Positions 1 through 10,532 of a DNA stretch of 64,000 nucleotides are shown here, in pieces. Location: NCBI GenBank assembly GCA_963765245.1, contig CAVXVP010000020.1, positions 152,865 to 216,864 on the forward strand, given 5' to 3'. Source of the DNA: an uncultured Chloroflexia bacterium. Its GTDB lineage: Bacteria; Chloroflexota; Limnocylindria; Limnocylindrales; CSP1-4. Positions within the stretch are counted from its first letter, which is position 1; every line of letters begins with the position of its first letter. The notes beneath the pieces are model-generated. The model had not been told where the DNA came from and ran no database searches. It saw only the letters and a list, made by a program, of their open reading frames with translations. A program made the position numbers and the translations under genes.

Positions 1-1
1 C

Positions 2-463
2 GCGGTCGACGCCGCGACCGGCTTCGCCAACAACGAGCCGGTCCAGCTCGAGCTGCACGGCCAGAAGCCGTCCATCCTGAGGATCGATGCGATCACGCCC
101 CTGCCGGGCCCGGGGCTGATCGCCGGGACCAAGACGCTCGACGCCAAGCACGACGCGATCGCCGCGTTCGTGACCGCCACTCTCCAGGCGATGGAGGAGA
201 TCAAGGCCGACCCGACGGTCGGGCTCGATGCCGCCATCAAGGCCGTGCCCGACCTGGCGAAGGACAAGGAGACGCAGGCTGCGCTGCTGGCGGCGACGAT
301 CGACACGTGGACCGGCTCCGCCCAGGCGGCGCACGGCCTCGGCGCCATCGACCGGGCGGGGTGGGACTCGTCGATCCCCTTCCTGCAGTCGCTCGGCCTG
401 ACCAAGGCGCCGGTCACGACCGATCAGCTGATCCGCGAGGACCTGCTCCCAGCGGGCGGCTGA
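2..463 (+). CDS. ABC transporter substrate-binding protein, NMT1/THI5-like (5' partial)
   Basis: Open frame from the window edge: AVDAATGFANNEPVQLEL...LPGPGLIAGTKTL...W...FL..LGL; resembles the C-terminal half of NMT1/THI5/RibY-type binding proteins. Confidence 0.7.
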   Translation, partial: AVDAATGFANNEPVQLELHGQKPSILRIDAITPLPGPGLIAGTKTLDAKHDAIAAFVTATLQAMEEIKADPTVGLDAAIKAVPDLAKDKETQAALLAATIDTWTGSAQAAHGLGAIDRAGWDSSIPFLQSLGLTKAPVTTDQLIREDLLPAGG

Positions 464-480
464 TTGCCGGCCGGGGCGGC

Positions 481-889
481 TCAGCCCTCGCGGTCGACGA
501 ACGGCGCGCGCGCGTCCTGCGCGGGGAACGGCGCTCCCCAGTACCCGGTGGCCTGGCGGATGCGACCGTTCTCCAGCTCGAGGATCGCGACGTAGTCGAG
601 GACGTCCTCGCCGTATCGAAGCGGCACCATCAGGACCCACACGTGGCCGGAGCCGATCAGTCTCGGTGACCCCGCGAACTGGGGCTTGACCTCGACCGCG
701 GCCATTGCCGCCAGCACGTTGTCGCGACCGCGAAATCGCTCGCCGGACTGAGGCCAGATCATCACCATCTGGTCGTCGACCAAGGTCGTCAGGGTGGCGA
801 GGTCGCCTCGTTCCGAGGCGGCGAAGAAGCGCTCGACCAGCGTCGCGGTTCGTGCGGTCCAGCTCGGTTTCGCCGGCGTTCTCGTCCAT
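481..889 (-). CDS. SnoaL/NTF2-like protein (one frameshift near 845)
   Basis: ATG at 889 (MDENAGETELDRTNR) joins TLVERFFAASERGDLATL...WPQSGERFRGRDNV...ILELENGRIRQATGYWG after a 1-nt shift. Confidence 0.75.
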
Positions 890-1026
890 CGTCCCCACAC
901 TGCGATCGAGCACCGATCATACGTCGAGGGACCCGGGCGCAGGTGGCGGAAAAGGGCCAAATCGAGTAGGATTAGAGGTCCCCCAGCCGCGTCCCGCGGA
1001 AGAGTCCCCACCGCGCAGGAGTCCGA

Positions 1027-1215
1027 GTGAACAGTCGCCCGCCCGTGAAGTCCCCGACCACCGTCGAGCCCTTCAAGCACGTCATCGACGAGTACAAGCA
1101 CCAGGCGCAAACGATCACCTGCACCTGTGGCTGGCACGGCAGTTCGGCGACGCTTGACCGCGGCGGTTCCGAGTGGACCGCCCACCTGTTCGAAGTCCGA
1201 GGCAAGAAGCGCTAG
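1027..1215 (+). CDS. Small hypothetical protein with CxCxWH...WxxH putative metal-binding motif
   Basis: 62 aa with coding-like codon use; TITCTCGWHG...EWTAHL; upstream TAGGAT -10 at 967-972 and AGGAG at 1017-1021. Confidence 0.6.
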   Translation: MNSRPPVKSPTTVEPFKHVIDEYKHQAQTITCTCGWHGSSATLDRGGSEWTAHLFEVRGKKR

Positions 1216-1295
1216 GCGCACCGCGCAGCACTGATCCGACGACCCTGGTCCACGACCGGGGTCGTTTCGCGTCTCGGCCCTGCTAGCCTGACGCC

Positions 1296-2646
1296 GTGGA
1301 TCTGCCGAACACCCCGCCCTTCGCGATCCGCGCCCGAATCCTGACGCCGTTGGCGGCCGGCGGGACCCGCCACGAGCCCGACGGCCTGCTCGTGGTCGAC
1401 GAGACACGGTCGGATCGGATCCGTCGGCGCCTCCGCCGACGCCACGCCTGACGTCCTCGATGCTGCGATCGACCTGCGGCCGTGGGTGCTGCTCCCCGGC
1501 ATGGTCGACACGCACGCGCATCTGCCCCAGCTCCCCAATGCGGGGCTGGGTTTCGCCCTCGACCTGCTGACCTGGTTGGAGCGCGTCACCTTCCCGACCG
1601 AGCGCTCGTGGTCGGATCCCACGGTCGCCGACCGACTCGCGCCGGCGATCTTCGAGGCATTCGCAGCCGCGGGCACGACGACGGTCGTCGGCTACGGGAC
1701 GGTCTACGCCGCGGCGATGGACGGCGTCTTCGCAGCGGCCGAACGGCACGGCATCCGGGCGATCCTCGGCAAGGTGATGATGGATCGCGGGACGTACGAC
1801 CCGGTCATCGAGCCGTCGACGATCCTCGAGCGCTCGCTGCGCGAATCTGCCGACCTGATCGCGCGCTGGCACGGCGCCGACGACGGCCGCCTCGGATACG
1901 CCGTCACGCCTCGGTTCGCCGTTTCGTGCTCAGCCGAGATGCTGCGCGAATCGGCGACGCTGGCCCGCGAGACGGGCACTTGGTGGCAGACGCACGTCTC
2001 GGAGGATCCCGGCGAGATCGCGGAGGTGCGCCGGCTCTTCCCCGAGGCACGCGACTACGTGGACGTCTACGACCGCGCCGGCGGGCTCGGGCAGCGAACG
2101 GTGCTTGCCCACGCCATCCACCTGTCGGACCGGGAGCTCGCGCGGCTGCTCGAGACGGGGACACGGGTCGCCCATTGCCCGGCCTCGAACCTGTTCATCG
2201 GTGCCGGCGTGATGCCGCTCGCCCGCTACCTCGAGGCCGGGCTCTCGGTCGGGCTCGGCTCGGACGTCTCCGGCGGGCCGGAGGCATCGATCTTCTCGGT
2301 GATGCGTGTCGGCGCGTATGCGCTGATGGCCCGACGCTCGTTCGCTGGCGAGGAGGGCGCGGTCCTCGACCCTCTCGACTGGCTGCGGATGGGGACGCTG
2401 GCGGGCGCCCACGCACTCGGCCTGGACGCGAGCATCGGGTCGCTCGAGACGGGCAAGGAGGCCGACCTGATCGCCGTCGACCCATCGTTCGCGGCCGCTC
2501 TTCCAGGTTCCCCGGCCGACGATGACCCGCGTGACCTCATGAGCCGGCTCATCTTCCGGGCACACCCCGACATGGTCCAAGGTGCGTGGGTGCGCGGGCG
2601 GCGTCTCGACGGGCCAAGCCGGCACGGAACGGCGGCCGCCACGTGA
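1296..2646 (+). CDS. guaD: Guanine deaminase (frameshift near 1405)
   Basis: DTHAHLPQ, PRFAVSC, QTHVSE, LAHAIHL, HCPASN, GLGSDV; GTG 1296 frame (MDLPNTPPFAIRARIL) joins ORF 1486..2646. Confidence 0.9.
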
Positions 2647-4247
2647 CCGAGCACGCTGACCTGCTGATCAGCGGCGGGACCGTCGTCGACGGGACCGGCG
2701 CCCCGGGGCGACCCGCGACGATCGCCGTCGTCGATGGACGGCTGCGCCTCCTCGACGCCACGGAGCCACCGCCCGAGAACGTCGGGCAGCGGATCGACGC
2801 GACCGGCAAGGTCGTCGCTCCCGGGTTCATCGACCTGCACAGCCATGGCGGCCTGATGATCCTGGCCGACGGCCGGCACGAGCCGAAGGTTCGCCAGGGC
2901 GTGACGACCGAGCTGGTCGGCGTCGACGGCAACGGGTTCGCGCCGTTCGAGCGTCGTGAGGACCTCGAGGCGTTCGTCGAGCTCGACAGCGGGCTCGACG
3001 GCCGGCCGGCGATCGACTACGACTGGACCTCGGTCGCGAGCTACCTCGACCGCTACGACGGCACGGTGAGCCTCAACGTCGCGACCCTGGTCGGGAATTC
3101 GCAGCTCCGGATCGCCGCACTTGGGCTGGGACGACGTCCCGGCCGACGCCGCGTCGCTCGCCCGGATGCGTGGCGTGCTCGCCGACGCGATGGCCGATGG
3201 CGCGTTCGGGCTCAGCTCGGGACTCGATTACCCGCCCGGTGGGTACGCGACGACCGAGGAGCTCGCCGTGCTCACGGAAGAGGCCGGCCGGCACGGCGGC
3301 TTCTACCACACCCACGTTCGGTATCCGCTCGGCGACCGCTACCTCGATCCGTTCCGCGAGGCGATCGAGATCGGCCGGCGGGCCGAGGCTCCGGCCCACA
3401 TCACGCACTTCTACCACCGCGAGACACACCCCGGCCCACCCGAACCGATGCTCGCGCTGGTCGACGACGCGCGCGCCGAAGGGCTCGACGTCACGTTCGA
3501 CACCTACCCCTCGGAGTGGGCGTCGACGCGACTGCTCATCCAGCTCCCGCAGTGGATCCAGGCCGGCGGACCGGGACCCGCTCAAGGAACGTCTCGCGGA
3601 CAGGACCGCACGCGACCGCGTCCGTGCCGAGTTCACGGCCCGTGGCGCGTCGTACGCGAGCGCGGCGGGCTGGGCGGATGTCCGGCTCGGTGCCTTCCGC
3701 CGTCCCGAGAACCTGCGCTGGGAGAGCCGGACCGTCGCGGACGTGATGACCGAGACCGGCCACGACGCGCTCGATGTCATCTGCGACCTGCTCCTCGCCG
3801 AGGACCTCGGCATCAGCCAGGTGACGAGCGGTCCCGCGGCGGCCAGCCTGCCGTTGTTCGTCGCCCACCCGATCGGGATGGTCGGGACCGACAGCACGTT
3901 CCTCGGCGAGAAGCCCGGCCCGCGGACCTACGGCAGCTTCCCGCGCATCCTCGGCCAGTTCGTGCGCGACGAGGCGCTCCTCTCGCTCGAGGAAGCCATC
4001 CGCAAGATGACCTCCGCGCCGGCGGCGCGGCTCGGGTCTGCGCGACCGCGGTGTCCTCCAGGAGGGGGCCGTGGCAGACATCGTGGTGTTCGATCCGGCC
4101 ACGGTCCGCTCGACCGCGACGTACGACGAGCCGCGCTCCTACCCGATCGGCATCGAGCAGGTCATCGTGGCCGGCACGCTCGTGGTCGCGGACGGAGTGC
4201 ATACCGGCGCGACGCCGGGACGCGGCCTCCGTAAGGGCCGCGACTGA
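2643..4247 (+). CDS. N-acyl-D-amino-acid deacylase family amidohydrolase (frameshifts near 3121, 3580, 4040)
   Basis: LLISGGTVVDGTG, PGFIDLHSH, GLSSGLDYPPG, YHTHVR, HITHFY, PRTYGSFPR, LEEAIRKMT, GRGLRKGRD*; GTG overlaps the guaD stop. Confidence 0.85.
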
Positions 4248-4262
4248 CCGAGGCCGGCAAGG

Positions 4263-4991
4263 TCACGCGGGCGAGGGCGATCCCTCGATGTCGTGGACCG
4301 GCTGGACGTCGACCTCGATGTCCCTCGCGAGCCTCTCGGTCCGGCGCTGCTCCGCGAACATCCGCTCGCGGGCGCGGTCGATCGAGTCGGCGAGGCTCGA
4401 TTCCGGACCCGGGCTCGCCCAGCCCATCGACAGGTGCAGGGCGATCGCGCCCGATTCGAGCCAGAGATCGCATGCCTGGCGGACGCGCTCGACGAAGTTG
4501 ATCGCCTCGACCTCGCCGGTCTCCGGGAGCAGGACCCCGAACCGTGACGGCCCGATCCGTGCGAGGTGGTCTGCGGCGCGGGCGTTCCGGCTGAGCGCGT
4601 CGGCCAGCGCCGGCAGGACGCGGTCGCCGGCCTCACGACCGAGGGTGGCGACGAGGCGCTCGATCCCATCGAGCTCGATGATGACCACGGTCGCCGTGTG
4701 CCGGTAGCGGCTGACCCGGGCATCCTCGTCGGCCACGAGGCGGTTCCACTCGTTGAGGGTCAGCAGTCCGGTGAGCGGATCCGTCCGGCTGGTCGTCGGC
4801 ACGTTCCCGGGCACCGTGGCGATGGGCGACGAGACGCCGGACGCGATGGGCCGGCGCATGACGCCGTCGTCGTATGACCCGCTCGAACGACGCGGACCCT
4901 TGCGCCGCATCGACCGGATCACGGCGACGGTGATCAGGATCAGGTTCACGGCGACGAGGGCGATGATCAGGATGACGATGTTCTCGTTCAT
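4263..4991 (-). CDS. Membrane-anchored GGDEF-domain protein with degenerate active site
   Basis: N-terminal TM (IVILIIALVAVNLILITVAVI); DPLTGLL, VIIELDG, ARIGPSRFGVLLPET, LSMGWA; TATGCT -10 nine nt upstream of ATG. Confidence 0.85.
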   Translation of the reverse strand: MNENIVILIIALVAVNLILITVAVIRSMRRKGPRRSSGSYDDGVMRRPIASGVSSPIATVPGNVPTTSRTDPLTGLLTLNEWNRLVADEDARVSRYRHTATVVIIELDGIERLVATLGREAGDRVLPALADALSRNARAADHLARIGPSRFGVLLPETGEVEAINFVERVRQACDLWLESGAIALHLSMGWASPGPESSLADSIDRARERMFAEQRRTERLARDIEVDVQPVHDIEGSPSPA

Positions 4992-5041
4992 GGACCGCGG
5001 AGCATAGCGGCGAGACCCCCATCTGACCCTCTTTCCGGGCC

Positions 5042-5095
5042 CCTCCCGGACCACTTCTCGGTGCCGCCTCGCACCGCCGGGTGGGGTCCGGGAGG
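5042..5095. other. Long GC-rich inverted repeat/hairpin in the divergent intergenic region
   Basis: CCTCCCGGACC (5042-5052) / GGTCCGGGAGG (5085-5095) enclosing CGGTGC / GCACCG. Confidence 0.6.
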
Positions 5096-5141
5096 ATGGG
5101 GTGCGGAACAGTGCAGAGAGCCCGTCCCGGGCTATCGCCGG

Positions 5142-5165
5142 TGATAGAGTCAGTCGCCATGGAGG
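5142..5165 (+). promoter_or_regulatory. Extended -10 promoter and RBS of the xdh/purine operon
   Basis: TG-A-TAGAGT at 5142-5150; GGAGG at 5161-5165, 7 nt before TTG 5173. Confidence 0.55.
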
Positions 5166-5172
5166 ACGGCCC

Positions 5173-7528
5173 TTGCCCGAGTTGACGACCCGGACCGAGC
5201 CGGCCGATGCCGTCGTGATCCAGCCCGGCACGATCGCTCCCGGACGTGCCCGCGGGGCGGCTCCGCTCCGTCGCGAGGGTCCGGCCAAGCTGACCGGCGC
5301 CGCCAAGTACGCCGACGACCTGGTCTTCCCGGGCGCCTGGTACGGGGCGACGATCCGCTCGACCGATGCGCACGCCACGTTCGACGGCGCTCGACCTCGA
5401 CCCCGGTTTCGACTGGTCGTCGGTCGTGGTCGTCACCGCGGCCGACATCCCGGGCGACAACATCGTGAGCTCGATCAAGGCCGACCAGCCGATCCTGGTC
5501 CCGCTCGGCGGCGAGATCCAGCACCACGCCGAGCCGCTGGCCCTGCTGGCCGCCCCCGACCGCGCGATGCTGCGCGCGGCGCGCCACGCCGTTCGCGTCC
5601 GGACCGCGCCACTCCCGGCGGTCTTCGACCCGCTCGCCTCGGACCACGTCTTCGCCGCCTACGAGCTCGGCTCGGGCGACCCCGATGCGGCGTTCGCCGC
5701 CGCCGACCTCGTGCTCGAGGGCGAGTACCGGGTCGGCCACCAGGAGCAGCTCTACATCGAGAACAACGCGATGATCGCGGTCCCGAGCGAGGACGGCGGG
5801 GTGACCGTCCACGGCTCGCTCCAGTGCCCGTACTACGTCCACACGGCGCTCAAGCGCGGCCTCGGCATCGACGATCGCCAGGCGCGCGTCGTCCAGGCCG
5901 AGACCGGCGGCGGGTTCGGTGGCAAGGAGGAGTTCCCGTCGGTCATCGCGCTCCACGCCGCGCTCCTGGCCGGGAAGGCCCAGCGACCGGTGCGGATGAT
6001 CTACGACCGCCACGAGGACCTCGCGGCGACCACCAAGCGCCATCCCGGCGATCGTCCGCCACCGGACCGGGGTGACGCGCGACGGCCGGCTGATCGCCCA
6101 GGACATCGAGGTCGTGATGGACGGCGGCGCGTACTGCACGCTGACGCCGGTCGTCCTGTCGCGCGGCGCGATCCACGCCGGCGGCCCGTACCGCTGCCCG
6201 AACGTGCGCATCCGCGCCCGCGCGACGCGGACCAACACGCCACCGAACGGGGCGTTTCGCGGGTTCGGGGCGCCGCAGACCGAGTTCGCGGCCGAGACCC
6301 ACCTCAACCGCATCGCCGAGGCGCTCGACCTCAGCCCGCTCGAGATCCGGCGGCGCAACGTCTACGTCCTCGGCGACACGACGCCGACCGGCCAGGTCCT
6401 GCGCAGCAGCGTGGCCGGCGAGGAGGTCCTCGAGCGGGCCGCCGAGGCCGGCGAGTTCGTCCGCCTGCGGGCGCGCAACGACGCGGAACGGGTGCGGCGG
6501 GCCGGTTCGGGCGCGGTCCCGGGCTCGCCGCTGCGGACCGGGCGGGAACGCGTCGCCAGCGGCGTCGGGCTCGCGCTGGCCTGGCACGGCGCCGGGTTCA
6601 CCGGCTCGGGCGAGGTCCAGCTCGCGTCGGTCGCGTCGCTCGAGCTGACCGGCGAGGGCGCGATCCGCATCCTGACCGCCTCGACCGAGATGGGGCAGGG
6701 GACCAAGACGATCTTCCCGCAGCTCGTCGCCGACGCCCTCGGCGTCCCGATGGACGACGGTCGAGATCGCGCCCCAGGACACCGCGTTCGTGCCCGATTC
6801 CGGGCCGACCGTCGCGTCGCGGACCGCGATGGTCGTCGGCGGGCTGCTGATCAAGGCGGCCCAGCGACTCCGCGCCCAGGTCGAGGCCGCGACCGGCGGC
6901 ACGTTCGCGGCGACCTACCGCGACTACGCCAAGACAAGCGGCGCGCTCCGCATCGACCAGCGCTTCGAGCCGTATCCGGGCGTCGGCTTCGACGACGAGA
7001 CCTACCGCGGCGACGCGTACCCGGCCTTCGGCTGGGCGGCCTGCGTCGCGAGCGTCGACGTCGATCTCGATACCGGCGAGGTGCACGTCCGCGACGTCGT
7101 CGCGGCCGACGACATCGGCCGGGTCATCCACCCGGTCCTGGCCGAGGGCCAGGTCGAGGGCGGCACGCTCCAGGCGGTCGGCTACGCCACGATCGAGGAG
7201 ATCAAGCTGCGCGACGGGCGCTACCTCAACGACCGGCTCGCGACCTACATCATCCCGACCTCGCTCGACGCGCCGCGGATCACGACGATCCTCGTCGAGG
7301 CGCCGTTCGACGCCGTGCCGCACGGCGCCAAGGGCGTCGGCGAGCTGCCGATGGACGTCGGGGCGCCGGCCGTGATCGCGGCGATCGCGGATGCGACCGG
7401 GGTCTGGATCGCCGACCTGCCGGCGAGCCCGGAACGGATCCTGGCCGCGCTGTCGGGCGTCGCCGGCGTCGCGCCGCTGCCGCCGGGCGCCTCGGAACCG
7501 GCCGTCGCCGGCTGGAGCCGGCCGATGA
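5173..7528 (+). CDS. Xanthine dehydrogenase family molybdopterin-binding subunit (frameshifts near 5395, 6050, 6760, probably ~7500)
   Basis: KLTGAAKYADD, HQEQLYIE, GGGFGGKE, AFRGFGAPQ, STEMGQG, GQVEGG, KGVGELP; purine cluster context. Confidence 0.9.
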
Positions 7529-7998
7529 CCGCCTTCCAGTTCACGGTCAACGCGACCCCCGTCGAGGTCGACGTCCCGGGCATGCGCCGGCTGCTCGACG
7601 TCCTGCGCGAGGACCTCGCCCTGACCGGCACGAAGGAGGGCTGCGGCGAGGGCGAGTGCGGCGCGTGCACGGTCCTGCTCGATGGCGCGCCGGTCGATTC
7701 GTGCCTCGTCCCGATCTGCCAGGTCGAGGGCTCGAGCGTCGCGACCGTCGAGGGCCTGGCGCCCGAAACGAACACGCTCGACGCGCTCCAGACCGCCTTC
7801 CTCGAGACCGGCGGCGCGCAGTGCGGGATCTGCACGCCGGGGATGCTGATGGCCGGTCGCGCCTATCTCGATGCCGGCGGCGGCCCGGACGACGACGCGA
7901 TCCGCGAGGCGATCGCCGGCAACCTGTGCCGCTGTACCGGCTACACCAAGATCGTCGAAGCGATCGCACGCGCGGCAAGCCAAGGGAGATCGCAATGA
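7525..7998 (+). CDS. Xanthine dehydrogenase family 2x[2Fe-2S] subunit
   Basis: GTKEGCGEGECGACTV, QCGICTPG, GNLCRCTGY. Confidence 0.92.
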   Translation: MTAFQFTVNATPVEVDVPGMRRLLDVLREDLALTGTKEGCGEGECGACTVLLDGAPVDSCLVPICQVEGSSVATVEGLAPETNTLDALQTAFLETGGAQCGICTPGMLMAGRAYLDAGGGPDDDAIREAIAGNLCRCTGYTKIVEAIARAASQGRSQ

Positions 7999-8249
7999 CC
8001 GAAGACCCCGATCGGATCGCGGTGCCGACCAACGGCCGGAAGCCGCATCCCGTCGCGCCGCTGGAGCCGCTGCGCGGAGAGCCACCGACCGCCGAGCCGC
8101 CGCCGGACAAGGCGCCGCGCATCTTCGACCCGACCGACCCGGCGCTCCTCGGCGCGGTCTCGCCCCGGAAGCTGGCTGTCGGCTTCGGGATCGTCGCCTC
8201 GCTGGTCCTGCTCGCCGTCGGACGGTCGCGTCTCCGCCGAGGCCGCTGA
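7995..8249 (+). CDS. Small Pro-rich protein with C-terminal TM anchor
   Basis: ATGA overlap with the 2Fe-2S gene, GGGAG RBS; 84 aa ending LAVGFGIVASLVLLAVGRSRLRRGR. Confidence 0.65.
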   Translation: MTEDPDRIAVPTNGRKPHPVAPLEPLRGEPPTAEPPPDKAPRIFDPTDPALLGAVSPRKLAVGFGIVASLVLLAVGRSRLRRGR

Positions 8250-8255
8250 GCGCCG

Positions 8256-9112
8256 ATGCCGGTCGAGCCGCCGGTCACCAGCCCGCGCGCCCTGGCCGAG
8301 GCGTATGCGGTGCTCGCCGACGGACCGGCCCGGCCGATCGCGGGCGGCACCGACCTGATGGTCGCGCTGACCGGCGAGCTCGGTGAGCCGCCCGACCGGA
8401 TCCTCGACCTGTGGGGGCTCGACGAGCTGCGCGGGATCGCCCTCGACGGCGACACGATCAGCCTCGGTGCGCTGACGACCTACACGGAGATCCGGCGCTC
8501 TGCGCTGTGCCGCGAGCATCTCCCCGTGCTGGTCGAGGCGGCCGCGACGATCGGCGCGGCCCAGATCCAGAACCGCGGGACGCTGGGCGGCAACATCGCC
8601 AATGCCTCGCCGGCCGGCGACACGCTGCCGGTCCTGCTCGCGGCCGACGCGTCGTTCGTTCTCGGCTCGGCCCGCGGCGAGCGGACGGTCCCGGCCGCCG
8701 AGTTCTGGCCGGCCTACCGCCAGACCGCGCTGGCGCCGGACGAGCTCCTGCTCCGCATCCGGATCCCGCTCCTGGCCGGCCGCGAGCTGCGCTTCCGCAA
8801 GGTCGGGACGCGCCGCGCCCAGTCGATCAGCAAGGTCGTGGTCGCCCTGGGCTGGCGCGACGGCACGCCCGCGGCGCCCTGGACGGACGTGCGGCTGGCG
8901 CTCGGTTCCGTGGCGGCCACGCCGATCCGTGCCCGCGCCACGGAGGCCGCCATCGAGGGCCGGCCGCCGACCCCGAGACGGCCGACCTGGCGGCCGAGAC
9001 GCTGGCCGCCGAGCTGCACCCGATCGACGACGTCCGCTCGACCGCCGAGTACCGCCGGATCGTGGCCGCGCGCGTCGTCCATCGGCTGATCCGCGAGGCG
9101 GGTGGCTGGTGA
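8256..9112 (+). CDS. Xanthine dehydrogenase family FAD-binding subunit (frameshift near 8975)
   Basis: PIAGGTDLMV, IGAAQIQNRGTLGGNIANASPAGD, FRKVGTRRAQSIS, PIDDVRSTAEYRR. Confidence 0.92.
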
Positions 9113-9688
9113 TGACCGAGGCGCCGTCTCCCGCGGACCTCTCGATCGACCGGCTCGACGTCATCGCGCCGGGCGCCTTCGCGGCCGCCGTCGCGCCGCT
9201 GTTCGAGGGTGCGCGGCTCTTCCTCGGACGCCTGGCGATGGCCCGGCCGTTCGGATCGGTCGAGGAGCTCTTCGCCCGCGCACGCGAGATCGCCCACGCG
9301 ATGCCGCTCGACGAGAAGATCGAGCTGATCGATGCGCATCCGCGTCTCGGCGCGCCGCCGGCCGACGTCTCGGCGCTCTCGTTCGTCGAGCAGGGCTATC
9401 AGCGCGACGCCACGGAACGGGAAGCCGAGGCAGCCGCCGCCGAGGCCGAGCGCGACGCACATCGCCACGGAGCTCGACCGGCTCAACGCCGCCTACGAGG
9501 CCCGTCTCGGCTTCCGCTACTGCGTCTTCGTCGCCGGCCGGTCGCGCGCCGAGCTGCTCCCCGAGATGACCGCCGCGCTCGACGCGGACCGCGACGACGA
9601 GATCGAGCGCGCGCTTGATGCCGTCATCGACATCGCCCGCGACCGGTATGCGACCCTGACCGCAGCAGCAGCGGAGGATCCGGCGTGA
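9112..9688 (+). CDS. uraD: OHCU decarboxylase (frameshift near 9460)
   Basis: LFEG, RPF, LIDAHPRLG, SFVEQG, LNAAYEARLGFRYCVFVAGR, IARDR. Confidence 0.88.
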
Positions 9689-10531
9689 TCGAACTCGGCG
9701 CGAACCGCTACGGCAAGGCGGCCATCCGGCTCGTTCGCGTCGCGCGCGGCCCGGGCGGTGACCGCGTCCGCGACCTGACCGTGGCGATCGCGCTCGAGGG
9801 CGACTTCGACGCGGCCCACACGGACGGCGACAACGCGAACGTCATCGCCACCGACACGATGAAGAACACGGCGTACGTGTTCGCCAAGGATCACCTCGAC
9901 GGCTCGATCGAGGCCTACGGCCGTGCCCTGGCCGAGCATTTCCTCGCCGAGCCACAGGTCGACGTCGCGACCGTCAACATCCGCGCCCACCACTGGGCCG
10001 CGATCGACGTCGCCGGGACGCCTGCCCCGGACGCGTTCGTCCGCGGCGGGGAGGGGACACGGGTCGCGACCGTCAGCGCGTCGCTCGGCGGCGTGCTCGT
10101 CGAGGCCGGCGTCGAGGACCTGATCGTGATGAAGACCGGCCGCTCCGCGTTCAGCGGCTTCCCGCGCGACCGCTACACGACGCTGCCCGAGACCGAGGAC
10201 CGCCTGATGGCGACGAGGCTGACCGCCGATCTGGCGCTACGGCGCGCCCGACCTCGATTTCGACGCCACGTTCGGGGCCGTCCGCGCGACACTGCTCGAG
10301 GTCTTCGCCGATCACGACAGCGCGTCGGTCCAGGAATCGATCTGGATCATGGCCCGGGCGATCCTCGAGCGGCACGAGGAGATCACCGAGATCCGGATGG
10401 TCCTGCCCAACCTCCACCACTGGCTGGTCGACCTGTCGCCGTTCGGGCTCGAGAACGACCGCGAGATCTTCACCCCGACGACCGAGCCGCACGGCCTGAT
10501 CGAGGCGACGGTCCGCCGCGGCGAGGGCTGA
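9685..10531 (+). CDS. pucL: Urate oxidase (uricase) (frameshift near 10230)
   Basis: NRYGKAAIRLVRV, VIATDTMKNT, MKTGRSAFSGF, SVQESIW, LPNLHH, PHGLIEATV. Confidence 0.92.
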
Positions 10532-10532
10532 C

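Noticed and set aside
5000-5172. Purine riboswitch upstream of the xdh operon
   Set aside because: The conserved purine aptamer core sequences are not present
6790-7998. Apparent in-frame fusion of the Mo subunit with the 2Fe-2S subunit
   Set aside because: A TGA overlaps the 2Fe-2S ATG (CGATGA, 7523-7528) in the neighbouring frame, the usual coupling pattern; one more indel near 7500 explains it
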